In this document: positions 1 to 9,384 of the stretch, piece after piece
How the letters are laid out: every line of letters begins with the position of its first letter
How positions within the stretch are numbered: the first letter of the stretch is position 1
Origin: a virus
Lineage: Duplodnaviria > Caudoviricetes
Virus record (IMG/VR): IMGVR_UViG_3300005077_000088
Location: 1 to 32,953 of that record
Length of the DNA: 32,953 bases
Direction: 5' to 3' (one strand)
Notes under the pieces: generated by a model
Seen by the model: the letters and a program-made list of their open reading frames with translations, nothing else
Database searches by the model: none
Told to the model about the DNA's origin: nothing
Program-made: the position numbers and the translations under genes

Positions 1-19
1 AGTATAACCCGACGCGAAC

Positions 20-55
20 TTTGAGATAATTTAACACTCGGTTTAAGATATTTGC
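20..55. repeat. Left-end motifs, putative transposase-binding sites
   Basis: CACTCGGTTTAAGATATTTGC (35-55) matches 32613-32633 at 20/21; TTTGAGATAAT (20-30) is the reverse complement of 32717-32727. Confidence 0.7.
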
Positions 56-62
56 AAAACCT

Positions 63-2837
63 CTATAATTTGCTTTTATTCTCTTCATAACTACCATATT
101 CAACAATGGCAGCGCTATCATACTTTGAAATATGTGTTTTAGCGTTAACGGGACGATGAGCCAGCCTACTAATTTCTTTATTCTGATCCCTAACATCCTT
201 ACGCAATGCTTCTATAGCTGTTATTATGCCTGATTCATCCAAGTCATGCTTGGGATCACCATAAGTGATCCGGTCATTATTCACAGCCTCGATGAGATTA
301 AAATGTTTCTCCGTCATTGCGTTCCGGACAATATACTCTTTATTGGAAATCCAGGCCAGATTTTGATCATCCTTAGAACCACCGCGTCCAATAAAAAGAC
401 CTCCCTCGGCATATTTCGGCGGGCTTTGATTGGCAATCTGAGTGACATTTTTCATACCTAATCCTGTTATAATTGCCGCCATAGCTATACCAAGCCATAC
501 TGGTTGCGTTTGCAATGCCGATGTGGCGGCCGTCAGTGTATTTATAGTTGCGTTGATAACCGATGTTGCCTGGTTAACTTCAAACGCTTTGATAGCAGCC
601 TGTTCCTTGCGTTTAGTCATTTCTTGTTCCAGACGTTTTTCCTTGGCGTCATAATCACGGTTTATGCGGTCTCTGGCCGATTGAGTATAGGCATGAGCAA
701 GACGCTGCTCACGTTCAGTCTTTAATATTTCGTTGCGCCGGTCCTGCTCTTTATCGATGGCCTCTTTTTGAGCATCAGCCTCATTGTTATAATAATCGGA
801 TAAAAATGCCGTTAGTTGCGCCCAAGTGTTGGATAAGATCTCACGCCTTTTCTCAGCGGTATTTTTGTCTTTATCCAAAGTCGCACGGTTAAAATTATCC
901 TGCGCATCAAGTACCCCTGCGTTGGCTTCTTCGACTGCGATCTTTTGATCATCCGCATTAGCATAAACGGCCGCTTTAACCTCAGCTAATTTTTGCAACT
1001 TATGATTCAGGACTAATTGTGCCACATCGCGTTCGGATTGTCCGGCTAATCGGGCCGCTTTGATTTGGTTTTCAAAGACCAGTTCCGCAGCACGCCCCCG
1101 CTTATCAGAGGCGTCTTTTGTTTCTTTAAGAATGGCATTGTTGATCTGTCCCTGTAGCAGTGCTATTTCGTGTGCGATTTCTTTTTGTCTGTCAAGGTCG
1201 CCTGAATAGATATTCAGCAGGGAGTTATAATACTGCTGTTTAGCCGTCAGTTTGGCTGAATCGCTCTCATTTTCCAGGCTTAATTCCGCCAGTTCAAAAC
1301 CTCGTTTAGCCGCCAGCGCTTTAGCGTCAGCGTCCTGCCTGTCATATTTTACGGTAATCTCTTGTTCCCGGCGTGTTTTTGCCGCATCGAGCAGAGCAAT
1401 AGCCTGCGCATTATTTTTAGCTTTGGCCAGCCTGGTATTATACCAGGCATCCAGTTCTTTTAGATCCTTCTCTCGGCCATCTTTGAGAGCTTCAATTTCC
1501 AACTCGGCAACAAGGGCGGCTTGCTCCCGTTCATCTTTTATTTTTATGTCCGTATATTTTTTTTCAATTTCCTGTCTTTTAACATCATAGACCTGTTTTA
1601 ACAGAAGTAATTTCTGATCATTTTCACCAGCCTTGTTTTGTTCAGTCAGATACCACAATCCTAATTCTGCCAGTTCTTTTTCACGCTCACCTTTGATGGT
1701 CATAATCCGTAATCTGTTCATTTCGATCTCAGAATCAGCGCCTTTTTGGATAAGACTATTTCTGATCTTTTCCTGTGCTTCAATCTGTTTTGAAAAATCC
1801 TGAATGTCCGTTTCGGAGCGAGCTGCTTTACGCAGCTTTTCCAACCTGATCAGCTCTAGCTCGATATTGGCCAACAGACCTTTTTGTTCTTTTTCCTTTT
1901 GCAATGTATCAATATTAGCAAGGATGCCTTTTTTTTCATCCTCAAGCAAGCTGATTGCTAAAAAGTAGCTTCTGGTATCCACTTGCAGGCCGCTACTACT
2001 TTCTTCGGTAATAGTGTTTTTTAGTCTTGTAATTTCGGCATCTATTTTCTGCAGGCGCTCCTGCGCATTTGAGATGTTGATTCCTATTTCGGCATCGCTC
2101 AGCTTAGACAGCTCGTCATTAAGTTCTTGGGTCTCTTTCTTCCATAATCCTGCGCGTTCCGCGGCTTCCAGCTGTGCATTAGAAAGTTTCTTTGTTTGGC
2201 TTTCTGCTTTGGCAGAAACAAATGAGAATATTTGAATAACAGCTACCACGGCGCTAAAGGCCAATGATAAGCCGGCCGGACCAGCTAAATTTCTGGCCAG
2301 GGTACGCACAAAACCGCCCATACTACCCGATTCCCGTTTCATGGCCAGCATATTATCAATCATAGGGCCTATATTATTGCTCACAGCCATAATGCCCATG
2401 TTCAGGTTTTGAAATAAATATGGTGAATCCCTCAATGTATAATTCAAGCCAACCATGGCCATTTTTGCATCGGTTGATTGTTTACCTAACTGATTAAATC
2501 CGACTGGAACGGCGAATTTCGCTGCTTCTGATCGTGCTTCTGCCAACTCATTTGTCAGCAAACCAACTTGTGCAGAAAGGCTCCGAAAAGCATCTCCGCC
2601 TATCTCTGAAGAATTGAGATCTGCACGCAACCGGGATATTTGATTTTCTAACAATGAAATAGAGCGTACCGGCTGTAAGGTCTCAGATGCGACTTCCTGC
2701 ATGGCGTTTGTGCCGCTTAAATTCGCCATATTGAATTCGGATACTAAATTACTTACACCTTGACGGGTATTTTGTAAAACGGCCTGCGCTTGTTTGCCGT
2801 CTATCGTCAGTGTGATATTAATTGCATTATCTGCCAT
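63..2837 (-). CDS. Tail tape measure protein (924 aa)
   Basis: N-terminal INITLTIDGKQA, long Ala/Glu/Lys-rich helical body with internal repeats, hydrophobic segments, C-terminal KYAEGG..GG..DD..AWISNKEYIV motif typical of tape measures. Confidence 0.9.
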   Translation of the reverse strand: MADNAINITLTIDGKQAQAVLQNTRQGVSNLVSEFNMANLSGTNAMQEVASETLQPVRSISLLENQISRLRADLNSSEIGGDAFRSLSAQVGLLTNELAEARSEAAKFAVPVGFNQLGKQSTDAKMAMVGLNYTLRDSPYLFQNLNMGIMAVSNNIGPMIDNMLAMKRESGSMGGFVRTLARNLAGPAGLSLAFSAVVAVIQIFSFVSAKAESQTKKLSNAQLEAAERAGLWKKETQELNDELSKLSDAEIGINISNAQERLQKIDAEITRLKNTITEESSSGLQVDTRSYFLAISLLEDEKKGILANIDTLQKEKEQKGLLANIELELIRLEKLRKAARSETDIQDFSKQIEAQEKIRNSLIQKGADSEIEMNRLRIMTIKGEREKELAELGLWYLTEQNKAGENDQKLLLLKQVYDVKRQEIEKKYTDIKIKDEREQAALVAELEIEALKDGREKDLKELDAWYNTRLAKAKNNAQAIALLDAAKTRREQEITVKYDRQDADAKALAAKRGFELAELSLENESDSAKLTAKQQYYNSLLNIYSGDLDRQKEIAHEIALLQGQINNAILKETKDASDKRGRAAELVFENQIKAARLAGQSERDVAQLVLNHKLQKLAEVKAAVYANADDQKIAVEEANAGVLDAQDNFNRATLDKDKNTAEKRREILSNTWAQLTAFLSDYYNNEADAQKEAIDKEQDRRNEILKTEREQRLAHAYTQSARDRINRDYDAKEKRLEQEMTKRKEQAAIKAFEVNQATSVINATINTLTAATSALQTQPVWLGIAMAAIITGLGMKNVTQIANQSPPKYAEGGLFIGRGGSKDDQNLAWISNKEYIVRNAMTEKHFNLIEAVNNDRITYGDPKHDLDESGIITAIEALRKDVRDQNKEISRLAHRPVNAKTHISKYDSAAIVEYGSYEENKSKL

Positions 2838-2855
2838 AGTAATTTCCTTGATTGA

Positions 2856-4223
2856 TCATAGCTCCACTAAATCCAGATCCAGCTTCATCCCTGCCAAATC
2901 CATCGTCATCCCCTCAATAAACCAATCCATACTGTTCCAGTTTATTTCGTCCAGCATCTCAACCGTTACATTGTTTGCCGTTAACGGCGTTTGTAAGGCC
3001 GCGGCCTGCCTTGCCACGCCATAAAAATTGTGATATTCCTGGGCAATAGTGCCTAGATTATCAGCCAGTTTAAAAACATCCCGTTCCATTTTATTGCGCG
3101 GTATAGTGCTCAGATTCTCAGGATATTCGCCCCAGGTATCCGGATCCACTTCGTCGTAAAGATCAACCTGCCTGACTAAGACATAATCCACCCGCCGCGA
3201 CCAAAGATATTTTAATGACCAGTCTGTTACAGCGTCTGCATTTATGGTATAGGTGGCGCGAACTCCGAGGTTGTGATAATCCTGCAGAATGAGATTGCCG
3301 CTGCGATCCACGTAAATATAGAGCCGCATCATATTGGCCATATATTTAAAGGCCTCCAGCGGGTGTTTGCCAAAGCAATTCAGCACCAGGTCCTCCCAGT
3401 AAGACAAATCAATCGGATAAGTGGAAGTATTGGTACGATTGATCACCGTGGGATTATACCACTGCATACCGTAAATAGCTGGAATTATTTTGTATCCGTC
3501 AAAATGTGTGACCAGGCCCAGATCGTTGATAGTAATCTGTTTACTGAAATAAAAATCGCTGTAATAATACACATACTGATTAAGGATCTGCGTGTCTGGG
3601 CGGGTATTGTAACTGCGCAGATAATTATAATCGGAATTGGTCACCGTATCATGGCGGATCTCTGAGAAAATAATAAAATAGAGAGCTGTACCGATCTTAA
3701 GGATTGATCCAATGGGCAGAGCCCAGTCCACATCTACATATTCGCTGATGTCCGTGTCGTAATTATAAATTCCGAAAGCCTCTGAAGCGTCGCCCCAATG
3801 TTTGATATCAAAGCGGTATTTCGAGCCTCCGGAATAGTGTGAGAGTTCCTGACGCGCATCTGTATTTTCGAGATCGATCAGGGCATTGATCTGGTCCAGC
3901 ACATCAAACCGTGCTGTGCTATGCGAGGTATGTTCCACCGAACTTTTATCCAGCATGCCGTTGAAAATGGTGGTATAGCTTTCACAAAAGCCTGCTTCGA
4001 TCTTAAAGGTATAACGCCCGTTGGCATCCAGGTTTGCAAACGAAAAATCATTGTCATTAAAGGCGCTAAGGGGAACTTCAAGTGAAACGCCGTCGAATAC
4101 GATTGCGCCCGCTTCGCCCGGCTTTTCGCTTTCCACTCTGCGGCGTAATGGCGAAATATCTATAATTTTATCGGATATATTGTGATTGGATGTGCCGGTG
4201 CAGGAGTAAGTTACTTTAAGCAT
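2856..4223 (-). CDS. Tail tip / baseplate hub-like protein (455 aa)
   Basis: Position in the tail operon; hub-like segment EAFKYMANMMRLYIYVDRSGNLIL; beta-rich composition. Confidence 0.6.
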   Translation of the reverse strand: MLKVTYSCTGTSNHNISDKIIDISPLRRRVESEKPGEAGAIVFDGVSLEVPLSAFNDNDFSFANLDANGRYTFKIEAGFCESYTTIFNGMLDKSSVEHTSHSTARFDVLDQINALIDLENTDARQELSHYSGGSKYRFDIKHWGDASEAFGIYNYDTDISEYVDVDWALPIGSILKIGTALYFIIFSEIRHDTVTNSDYNYLRSYNTRPDTQILNQYVYYYSDFYFSKQITINDLGLVTHFDGYKIIPAIYGMQWYNPTVINRTNTSTYPIDLSYWEDLVLNCFGKHPLEAFKYMANMMRLYIYVDRSGNLILQDYHNLGVRATYTINADAVTDWSLKYLWSRRVDYVLVRQVDLYDEVDPDTWGEYPENLSTIPRNKMERDVFKLADNLGTIAQEYHNFYGVARQAAALQTPLTANNVTVEMLDEINWNSMDWFIEGMTMDLAGMKLDLDLVEL

Positions 4224-4231
4224 GTTGTTTA

Positions 4232-4621
4232 TTATGTCGTCTGTTTAACCCGGGTAATAAACGTTACCTTAGCCGGACGTTTCTGAAACACATCGCCGGC
4301 GTCGTCGGCAAAGTCGTCCTGGTCAATATCTACTGTGGCATTATAAGTTATGCCATTCAGATTATCCAGGCGCACATCTTTGACCGGCTGCACCGTAAGC
4401 GCCGTAATAATGCTTTTAAGGCTGGTTAAATCCGCAGCGGACAGGTATTCCCATTCCAGTTCAAAGATCCATTGGTGCGCTCTCACATAACTGTCCGTGC
4501 CGCCGTTAACATAATCGTAACGGGAACGGACAAAGCGCCGCATAACTCTCCACTTGCTTAGCGTAAGCGTTATGGTTTGCGGCAAGCTGGTAGGATTGAT
4601 GGTAAATTGTACTGCGGCCAT
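4232..4621 (-). CDS. Minor/distal tail protein (129 aa; start revised to ATG at 4621)
   Basis: The upstream extension in the ORF track runs through a palindromic repeat and the previous gene. The segment WIFELEWEYLS resembles distal-tail proteins. Confidence 0.55.
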   Translation of the reverse strand: MAAVQFTINPTSLPQTITLTLSKWRVMRRFVRSRYDYVNGGTDSYVRAHQWIFELEWEYLSAADLTSLKSIITALTVQPVKDVRLDNLNGITYNATVDIDQDDFADDAGDVFQKRPAKVTFITRVKQTT

Positions 4622-4633
4622 AGTTAGATCCAA

Positions 4634-4693
4634 AACCCACCCCCCAGCCCCTTCCCGAAATATCGGGAAGGGTGGCCGGAGGCCGGGTGGGTT
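4634..4693. repeat. REP-like palindrome, family A copy 1
   Basis: AACCCACCC/GGGTGGGTT outer arms, CCCTTCCCGA/TCGGGAAGGG inner arms; 25 nt (4669-4693) identical to 8871-8895. Confidence 0.85.
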
Positions 4694-5207
4694 ACACCGT
4701 ATCCACAATAGTTGCGGTTTTACGCAGTTCAGCCTTGGTTTGGGCGATTTTCTCGCCTTTAATCACAATAGCGCTCACCTTGCCGGATCCATATTTCTGA
4801 TCTTCCTCGATCTTAAGAACGCAGGGCCGTAACATGGTGCCGCTGGGCGTTGCCGGTAATACTACGCCGGATGTTGCCAGGGTGGTTGTAAGCGGCGCGG
4901 CGCCAGATGGAATGGTTACGCCGCTCGTGGGCAAGAACAGCAGGGATGCCGTAACGCCGTCGATCTGGGCCTTTTGTGCGTCGGTGAGAGCCGTGAGCGC
5001 TTCCACATTGATTTCCAGTTTATAACTTAGCACGATATCGTTGCTGGCGCTGTCTTTAACCGTTTCTTCCTGGGAAAGCTTAAATCCGGAATCGGATTTG
5101 CACACACCCAGATACTTGCAGTCCGCATCATCCACGGAACCGGCCGTAAATTTCGATTCCGGGGTTTCATCGATCATGAACACATAAGCGTCCAAATAAT
5201 TATACAC
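4692..5207 (-). CDS. Tail tube-like protein (171 aa)
   Basis: YLG..K...FKLSQEETVKDS pattern; shares GSGKVS and KDS/RDS motifs with the two upstream paralogues. Confidence 0.55.
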   Translation of the reverse strand: MYNYLDAYVFMIDETPESKFTAGSVDDADCKYLGVCKSDSGFKLSQEETVKDSASNDIVLSYKLEINVEALTALTDAQKAQIDGVTASLLFLPTSGVTIPSGAAPLTTTLATSGVVLPATPSGTMLRPCVLKIEEDQKYGSGKVSAIVIKGEKIAQTKAELRKTATIVDTV

Positions 5208-5290
5208 TTTAAGTCTCCTTTAATAGGTTTGTGTTATTTTTGAGCGTTCTGCGCATAGAAAACAACGCTTTACGCTCAACGATTTTTACT

Positions 5291-6991
5291 CTATGGTTTC
5301 GTATAAACCCTGAAATAAACGTCATGGATATTATCCGCGGCAATCCTGTTTTCTGCCGCGAAAATAAGCTTGTTAACATCCTGGAATGTATTGGTCAGCA
5401 TATAGGCAAATTTATAGTTTACCGAATCATTGATCAGCGTTTCCAGAAGCGTCCAGGTTTCGCCTTTATTCTGAGTACGCCACCGTTTCAGGATATGATA
5501 AGTGGTCGCCCCGCCGTTATTGTCGATCGCGAAAAGGTCAAACGTCAGATCGTCATAAACCACCAGGGCGCAATGGGCAGAGTTACCCCCGTTAAAAATG
5601 TTTGTTGGCAGGGTGCGGTGAACCCAGTTAATTCCGTCGCAAAAAGTAAAACGCTGCGTGTGAACAGTGGTGGATCCATCGCTCCACACCAGGTAAAGTT
5701 TATTGGAACGTGAAACCACCGCCGAGCGGCAGAAAACCAGCGTGCTGGAGCTGCTCGAAATGAGGCAGTGCGTCTGGCTTTCATCGCTTAAGAAAAAACC
5801 GTCTTCAAGCACATTCTTGGTAAAGGTTTGCTGTTCGTTGCTCCAGATAATCCCGTCGCGACTTCGGAATACGAACAGGCTGGTATTGGTGTTGGGTGTT
5901 CCATCGTCATAAGGATGCACAATAACCCGCAGATCCGTGCCTCTGGCACCGATGGCGCAAAAATTATAGGCCCAAAAATCATCATTATCATTGATCTGGC
6001 AGATACGGTAAGCATTACACCAGGTTATGCCACCGTCACTGCTGCGGGACATCTCCACGCCGTAATGCGGTCCGGAAGGCGCGCCATAAGCCAAACGGTA
6101 GCCCACAACAATTTCGCCATTGGGCAGTTCAGCAAACCAGGGATAGGATCCATAATCCGTAGTGCCGTCCTTCTGAATCATGCCCATACTGTCCATGGCT
6201 TCTATATCATGAGGATTCTCGCTGCGCTGGATCAATATGCCGTAATTATGGCTTTGTCCGTCTGTGGACAACGGATCATAGGCCGTAAGAATATAACCGT
6301 CGGATGTTACAAAAAGCGCTGCAATATGGTGGCCATCGTTTCCGGTTTTATTGGGTCCAATGTTGACCACGGAAGAGAAAGTTTGAGTGCTGTGGTCATA
6401 ATATAACAGATAATTAGTCTGCATTTCACTGGTGCCGGCCCGGCCACGGCTAAAAGTCATATAGGTGCGGTTTACAGAAGGGCAGTACACCAGGCGAGGA
6501 CGCATATAAAAATAGATTGGCTGAGAAAGGGTTAACGCCGCGCCGTCGTAATTCTGCGTATCATCCACTGTCAGAACGCTGCTGTTGTATAGAATACCGG
6601 CCAACTCGGTTGTGGTCAGGGCGCGTTCTGCAGTCATTTTAAGCCCGGATACTTTTCCGGAACCATCAATTTCAAAATCCGGAACCGGTAGAACATTGTC
6701 CAGGATAAAACTGTTATTGCCGTTACTGTGCAGAATATACAAAGTGCTAAATCCGTCCGAGGCCGCAGAATTGATCAGGTTATACATGGTTTCATTATCG
6801 CTCTGCAGGACACGCCACTCCGCGCTAACCAGATAACCGGCGGGTACAGACCGCATCAGGCTGTCTTTCCCGGCTTCAATTTTCTTGATGGTAAGCTTCA
6901 CTTCATTCACGAGTCCATAATTGGCCGAGCCGAATTTGACCGTGGCATTGCGAATAATGATCTGCCTGGTATTGTCCGTAATATTAACCAT
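5291..6991 (-). CDS. Tail tube-like domain fused to a BNR/Asp-box beta-propeller (566 aa)
   Basis: First ~135 aa align with the whole 7000..7413 protein; Asp-boxes SRSSDGGITW, FRSRDGIIW, RTQNKGETW; BNR_4-like DGHH..ALFVTSDGYI. Confidence 0.7.
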   Translation of the reverse strand: MVNITDNTRQIIIRNATVKFGSANYGLVNEVKLTIKKIEAGKDSLMRSVPAGYLVSAEWRVLQSDNETMYNLINSAASDGFSTLYILHSNGNNSFILDNVLPVPDFEIDGSGKVSGLKMTAERALTTTELAGILYNSSVLTVDDTQNYDGAALTLSQPIYFYMRPRLVYCPSVNRTYMTFSRGRAGTSEMQTNYLLYYDHSTQTFSSVVNIGPNKTGNDGHHIAALFVTSDGYILTAYDPLSTDGQSHNYGILIQRSENPHDIEAMDSMGMIQKDGTTDYGSYPWFAELPNGEIVVGYRLAYGAPSGPHYGVEMSRSSDGGITWCNAYRICQINDNDDFWAYNFCAIGARGTDLRVIVHPYDDGTPNTNTSLFVFRSRDGIIWSNEQQTFTKNVLEDGFFLSDESQTHCLISSSSSTLVFCRSAVVSRSNKLYLVWSDGSTTVHTQRFTFCDGINWVHRTLPTNIFNGGNSAHCALVVYDDLTFDLFAIDNNGGATTYHILKRWRTQNKGETWTLLETLINDSVNYKFAYMLTNTFQDVNKLIFAAENRIAADNIHDVYFRVYTKP

Positions 6992-6999
6992 TTCGCATC

Positions 7000-7413
7000 C
7001 TAATAGGTTATGCCCGTCATTTCGTCTTTAGACATAATTTTATCCATACTCACTTTAATCTTGCTCACGCCGCCGGCGCCGTCCAGCTCAAAATCATAGA
7101 CCGGCTTAACGTCCGTAAGCTGCAGGCCGTTTACACCTTTTTTTAGTTTGACCGTGCCAACATCATCGGAATTAACGGCTGTTAACAGAGTATCGATATT
7201 AGCGTCGGTAATCTGCATTATATTAAATTCAAATTTTGCGTCATAGCCGGCTGTAAAGGAACGGCCCTTGCTGTCACGTTCGGCGTTTATCGGCTTAAAC
7301 GTGATCTTAACCTCGCTGATCAGGCCAAAGGTGTACTCTGTGGATGCGATGGTTATACTGGCTTCATAATTGCGCAGTATGACCTGGGTGGGATTGGCTG
7401 TTATGTTTTGCAT
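7000..7413 (-). CDS. Putative major tail tube protein (137 aa)
   Basis: Size, beta-strand pattern, adjacency to the tail chaperone; paralogous to its neighbours. Confidence 0.55.
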   Translation of the reverse strand: MQNITANPTQVILRNYEASITIASTEYTFGLISEVKITFKPINAERDSKGRSFTAGYDAKFEFNIMQITDANIDTLLTAVNSDDVGTVKLKKGVNGLQLTDVKPVYDFELDGAGGVSKIKVSMDKIMSKDEMTGITY

Positions 7414-7516
7414 GTTTTCGCCTTATTCATTAACCATAACATATCTTTATATTCCATGCGGCGGATGCACTCCAGTTCGCTGGCTCTTCCGCGGCACAGG
7501 TAAAATATCATTTGCC

Positions 7517-7951
7517 TTACATAGCTTTCTTGTGACCCCGTGAATTCCCGGCCGTGCCCGCCTTCGCCTGGGCTGTCAAAAATCCCGGCATAAGTATTTT
7601 CTGTAAGGTCCCGCCAGTAAAAAAATGGCTGAACACAGCCTCCGCCTTTTCATAGCTCAAACTTGCGAATTCCTGGATGCGCTGACGGAATTCCCGTTCA
7701 TCAAACAGGCTATCCTTTTTGACCACGCAAAGCGCCGCGAATTCCGTTAGTTTGCCCTTGCGCCGGATATCCTGCAGAATATCGGAAATCTTAACGCTGA
7801 AAGTGATCAGGTCCTGTGGTGAACCGGCTTCATTCAGTACCTTTTTCAGCAGGGACTCGCGGCTTTCGTGCAGCATTTCGCTGAGAATCTCCATCTGCCG
7901 TACAGTCGGCTCCGTAAAACAATACACCGTACCTTTATGCTCAAATTCCAT
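7517..7951 (-). CDS. Tail assembly chaperone (gpG-like), with predicted -1 frameshift extension to 7401
   Basis: EPTVRQM start and late FF motif on a U7 slippery run (7619-7625); the -1 frame stays open for 72 codons. Confidence 0.7.
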   Translation of the reverse strand: MEFEHKGTVYCFTEPTVRQMEILSEMLHESRESLLKKVLNEAGSPQDLITFSVKISDILQDIRRKGKLTEFAALCVVKKDSLFDEREFRQRIQEFASLSYEKAEAVFSHFFTGGTLQKILMPGFLTAQAKAGTAGNSRGHKKAM

Positions 7952-7964
7952 TATTCCCTCATTC

Positions 7965-8273
7965 TTACATTAATTTCATAACCGCTGTGGCAATGCTTAT
8001 CAGCGCGGTCATGATTGCCGTATAGCGAAAAAAAATCTTTTCCTGCTTATTCATCAGCGCCTCCTGGAATCGCGCCTGTTCTTCACGCATTTCCGTAACT
8101 ATCTTTTCGGCATTACGCGAGGTAATCGTCGCTTCCACTACATTACGGTTCAGATATTCCGCCAAGGCTTTAGCTTCTATCGAGCGCCTTTGTGCTTCAT
8201 CCACCCGCTGCCACAAAGCAGGCAAGGTTGCCACAAGTTTTTCCTGTTCGTTGGTCATCCTTCCCTCGTACAA
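7965..8273 (-). CDS. Coiled-coil protein with C-terminal TM helix (holin/XhlA-like candidate)
   Basis: Heptad-rich body; hydrophobic tail YTAIMTALISIATAVM. The start may be the downstream Met. Confidence 0.45.
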   Translation of the reverse strand: MYEGRMTNEQEKLVATLPALWQRVDEAQRRSIEAKALAEYLNRNVVEATITSRNAEKIVTEMREEQARFQEALMNKQEKIFFRYTAIMTALISIATAVMKLM

Positions 8274-8521
8274 TTTTGACTGCAGGGTAATGCACTCAGA
8301 GTGTTTTTGATATCCGAGAGTTTATCATCAATCGATCGCACATAAACCAGCGTTGCTTCTACGTGGTTCATGATCATCCGCTCCAGTTCATCGTCTTTTC
8401 GGGTCAGCTTGGCCAACTTTTCCTGGTGCTGTTTTTGCCGGCGTTCGAGTTCGACCAGGCGTTTCTCGCTATTTCCGATAAAGGTGTCCAATTTATCGCT
8501 CAGATCTTCCAGTGTGCACAT
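8255..8521 (-). CDS. Small coiled-coil hypothetical protein (88 aa)
   Basis: Start overlaps the upstream stop; coiled-coil pattern. Confidence 0.6.
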   Translation of the reverse strand: MCTLEDLSDKLDTFIGNSEKRLVELERRQKQHQEKLAKLTRKDDELERMIMNHVEATLVYVRSIDDKLSDIKNTLSALPCSQNCTREG

Positions 8522-8820
8522 CAGCCTTCCCTCACGCGAATTTTAATATCCTTCTCAAACGTATTTCCGGCGTCCGTTACCGCTTTAAGCGTCAGTTTGT
8601 AATCCTGTCCGTCTGTTCCCCCGATGACCCGCACTTTAAGTTTGTTATTATCCACAACCGCCAGCGTTCCCGAATCGATCATACCAGGAACATCATTTCC
8701 GGATGCGTCTGTCACCCCAGCTGAAGATGATCCCAGGGTGATCGTCTCGGCATCATCCAAGGCTTCAAAGGTCACCTGGATGAAGAATTTTTCTGTCGGT
8801 TGTATGATAAATGAATCCAT
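8521..8820 (-). CDS. Small beta-rich virion protein, fibre-adaptor-like (99 aa)
   Basis: Motif VRVIGGTDGQDYKLTLKAVTDAGNTFEKDIKIRV resembles phage fibre-tail adaptor proteins. Confidence 0.55.
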   Translation of the reverse strand: MDSFIIQPTEKFFIQVTFEALDDAETITLGSSSAGVTDASGNDVPGMIDSGTLAVVDNNKLKVRVIGGTDGQDYKLTLKAVTDAGNTFEKDIKIRVREG

Positions 8821-8832
8821 GATTTTCCTAAG

Positions 8833-8900
8833 ACCCTCCCTAACCCTCCCTGCCCTCCCTACAAGTAGGGAGGGTGGCCGGAGGCCGGGTGGGTTGGGTT
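8833..8900. repeat. REP-like palindrome, family A copy 2
   Basis: CCCTCCCTAC-AA-GTAGGGAGGG hairpin followed by GGCCGGAGGCCGGGTGGGTT, shared with copy 1. Confidence 0.85.
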
Positions 8901-9384
8901 ACGATAACGTGATCTGCAAATCCAGTGTCCAGGTCTGGCCGGAGGCTTTGGTTCCCTGGGCTGAGACTTTCCGGTTAAGGTTCTTATCCGCTGTCGCGCC
9001 GTTACGCACGCTGAATTCGTTCCAGGAATAATTGGCGTCCGCGCTCCCGAATACCGACCGGAAGGTCACCGTTTGATTGGTCCGTGATGGATATGTGGCC
9101 TCCATTCCTTTCCAGGTTTTATTGGTAACGGCCTGCAGGTCAGTCTGGGAAGCAGATTCTGCCGTGCTGGAATCACCCACGCCCAATTGCGCGTTGGCAT
9201 TATTGTATGCCGTGGGAGAGCCAAGGCCGCACATCAGGTTTAAAACTTCCTGAATACCTTCGTTGAGCAGCAGATTGCCATCCACAACAGCCACTTCATA
9301 AGGCTTGTCATCCTTAAACGCCTGGTCATTGGTAAATTTATGGATAAGCCAGCGTGTTTTATATTTTAACCGGTCTTTCAACAT
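8899..9384 (-). CDS. Virion structural protein, fibre-associated (161 aa)
   Basis: GNLLLNEG...GVGDS...QTDL...ANYSWNEF...LNRKV...TK pattern typical of small phage structural proteins next to fibres. Confidence 0.55.
   Translation of the reverse strand: MLKDRLKYKTRWLIHKFTNDQAFKDDKPYEVAVVDGNLLLNEGIQEVLNLMCGLGSPTAYNNANAQLGVGDSSTAESASQTDLQAVTNKTWKGMEATYPSRTNQTVTFRSVFGSADANYSWNEFSVRNGATADKNLNRKVSAQGTKASGQTWTLDLQITLS

Noticed and set aside
4622-4708. N-terminal extension MWIRCNPPGLRPPFP... of the 158-aa ORF
   Set aside because: It is translation through a palindromic repeat and the upstream gene end; ATG 4621 is more plausible.
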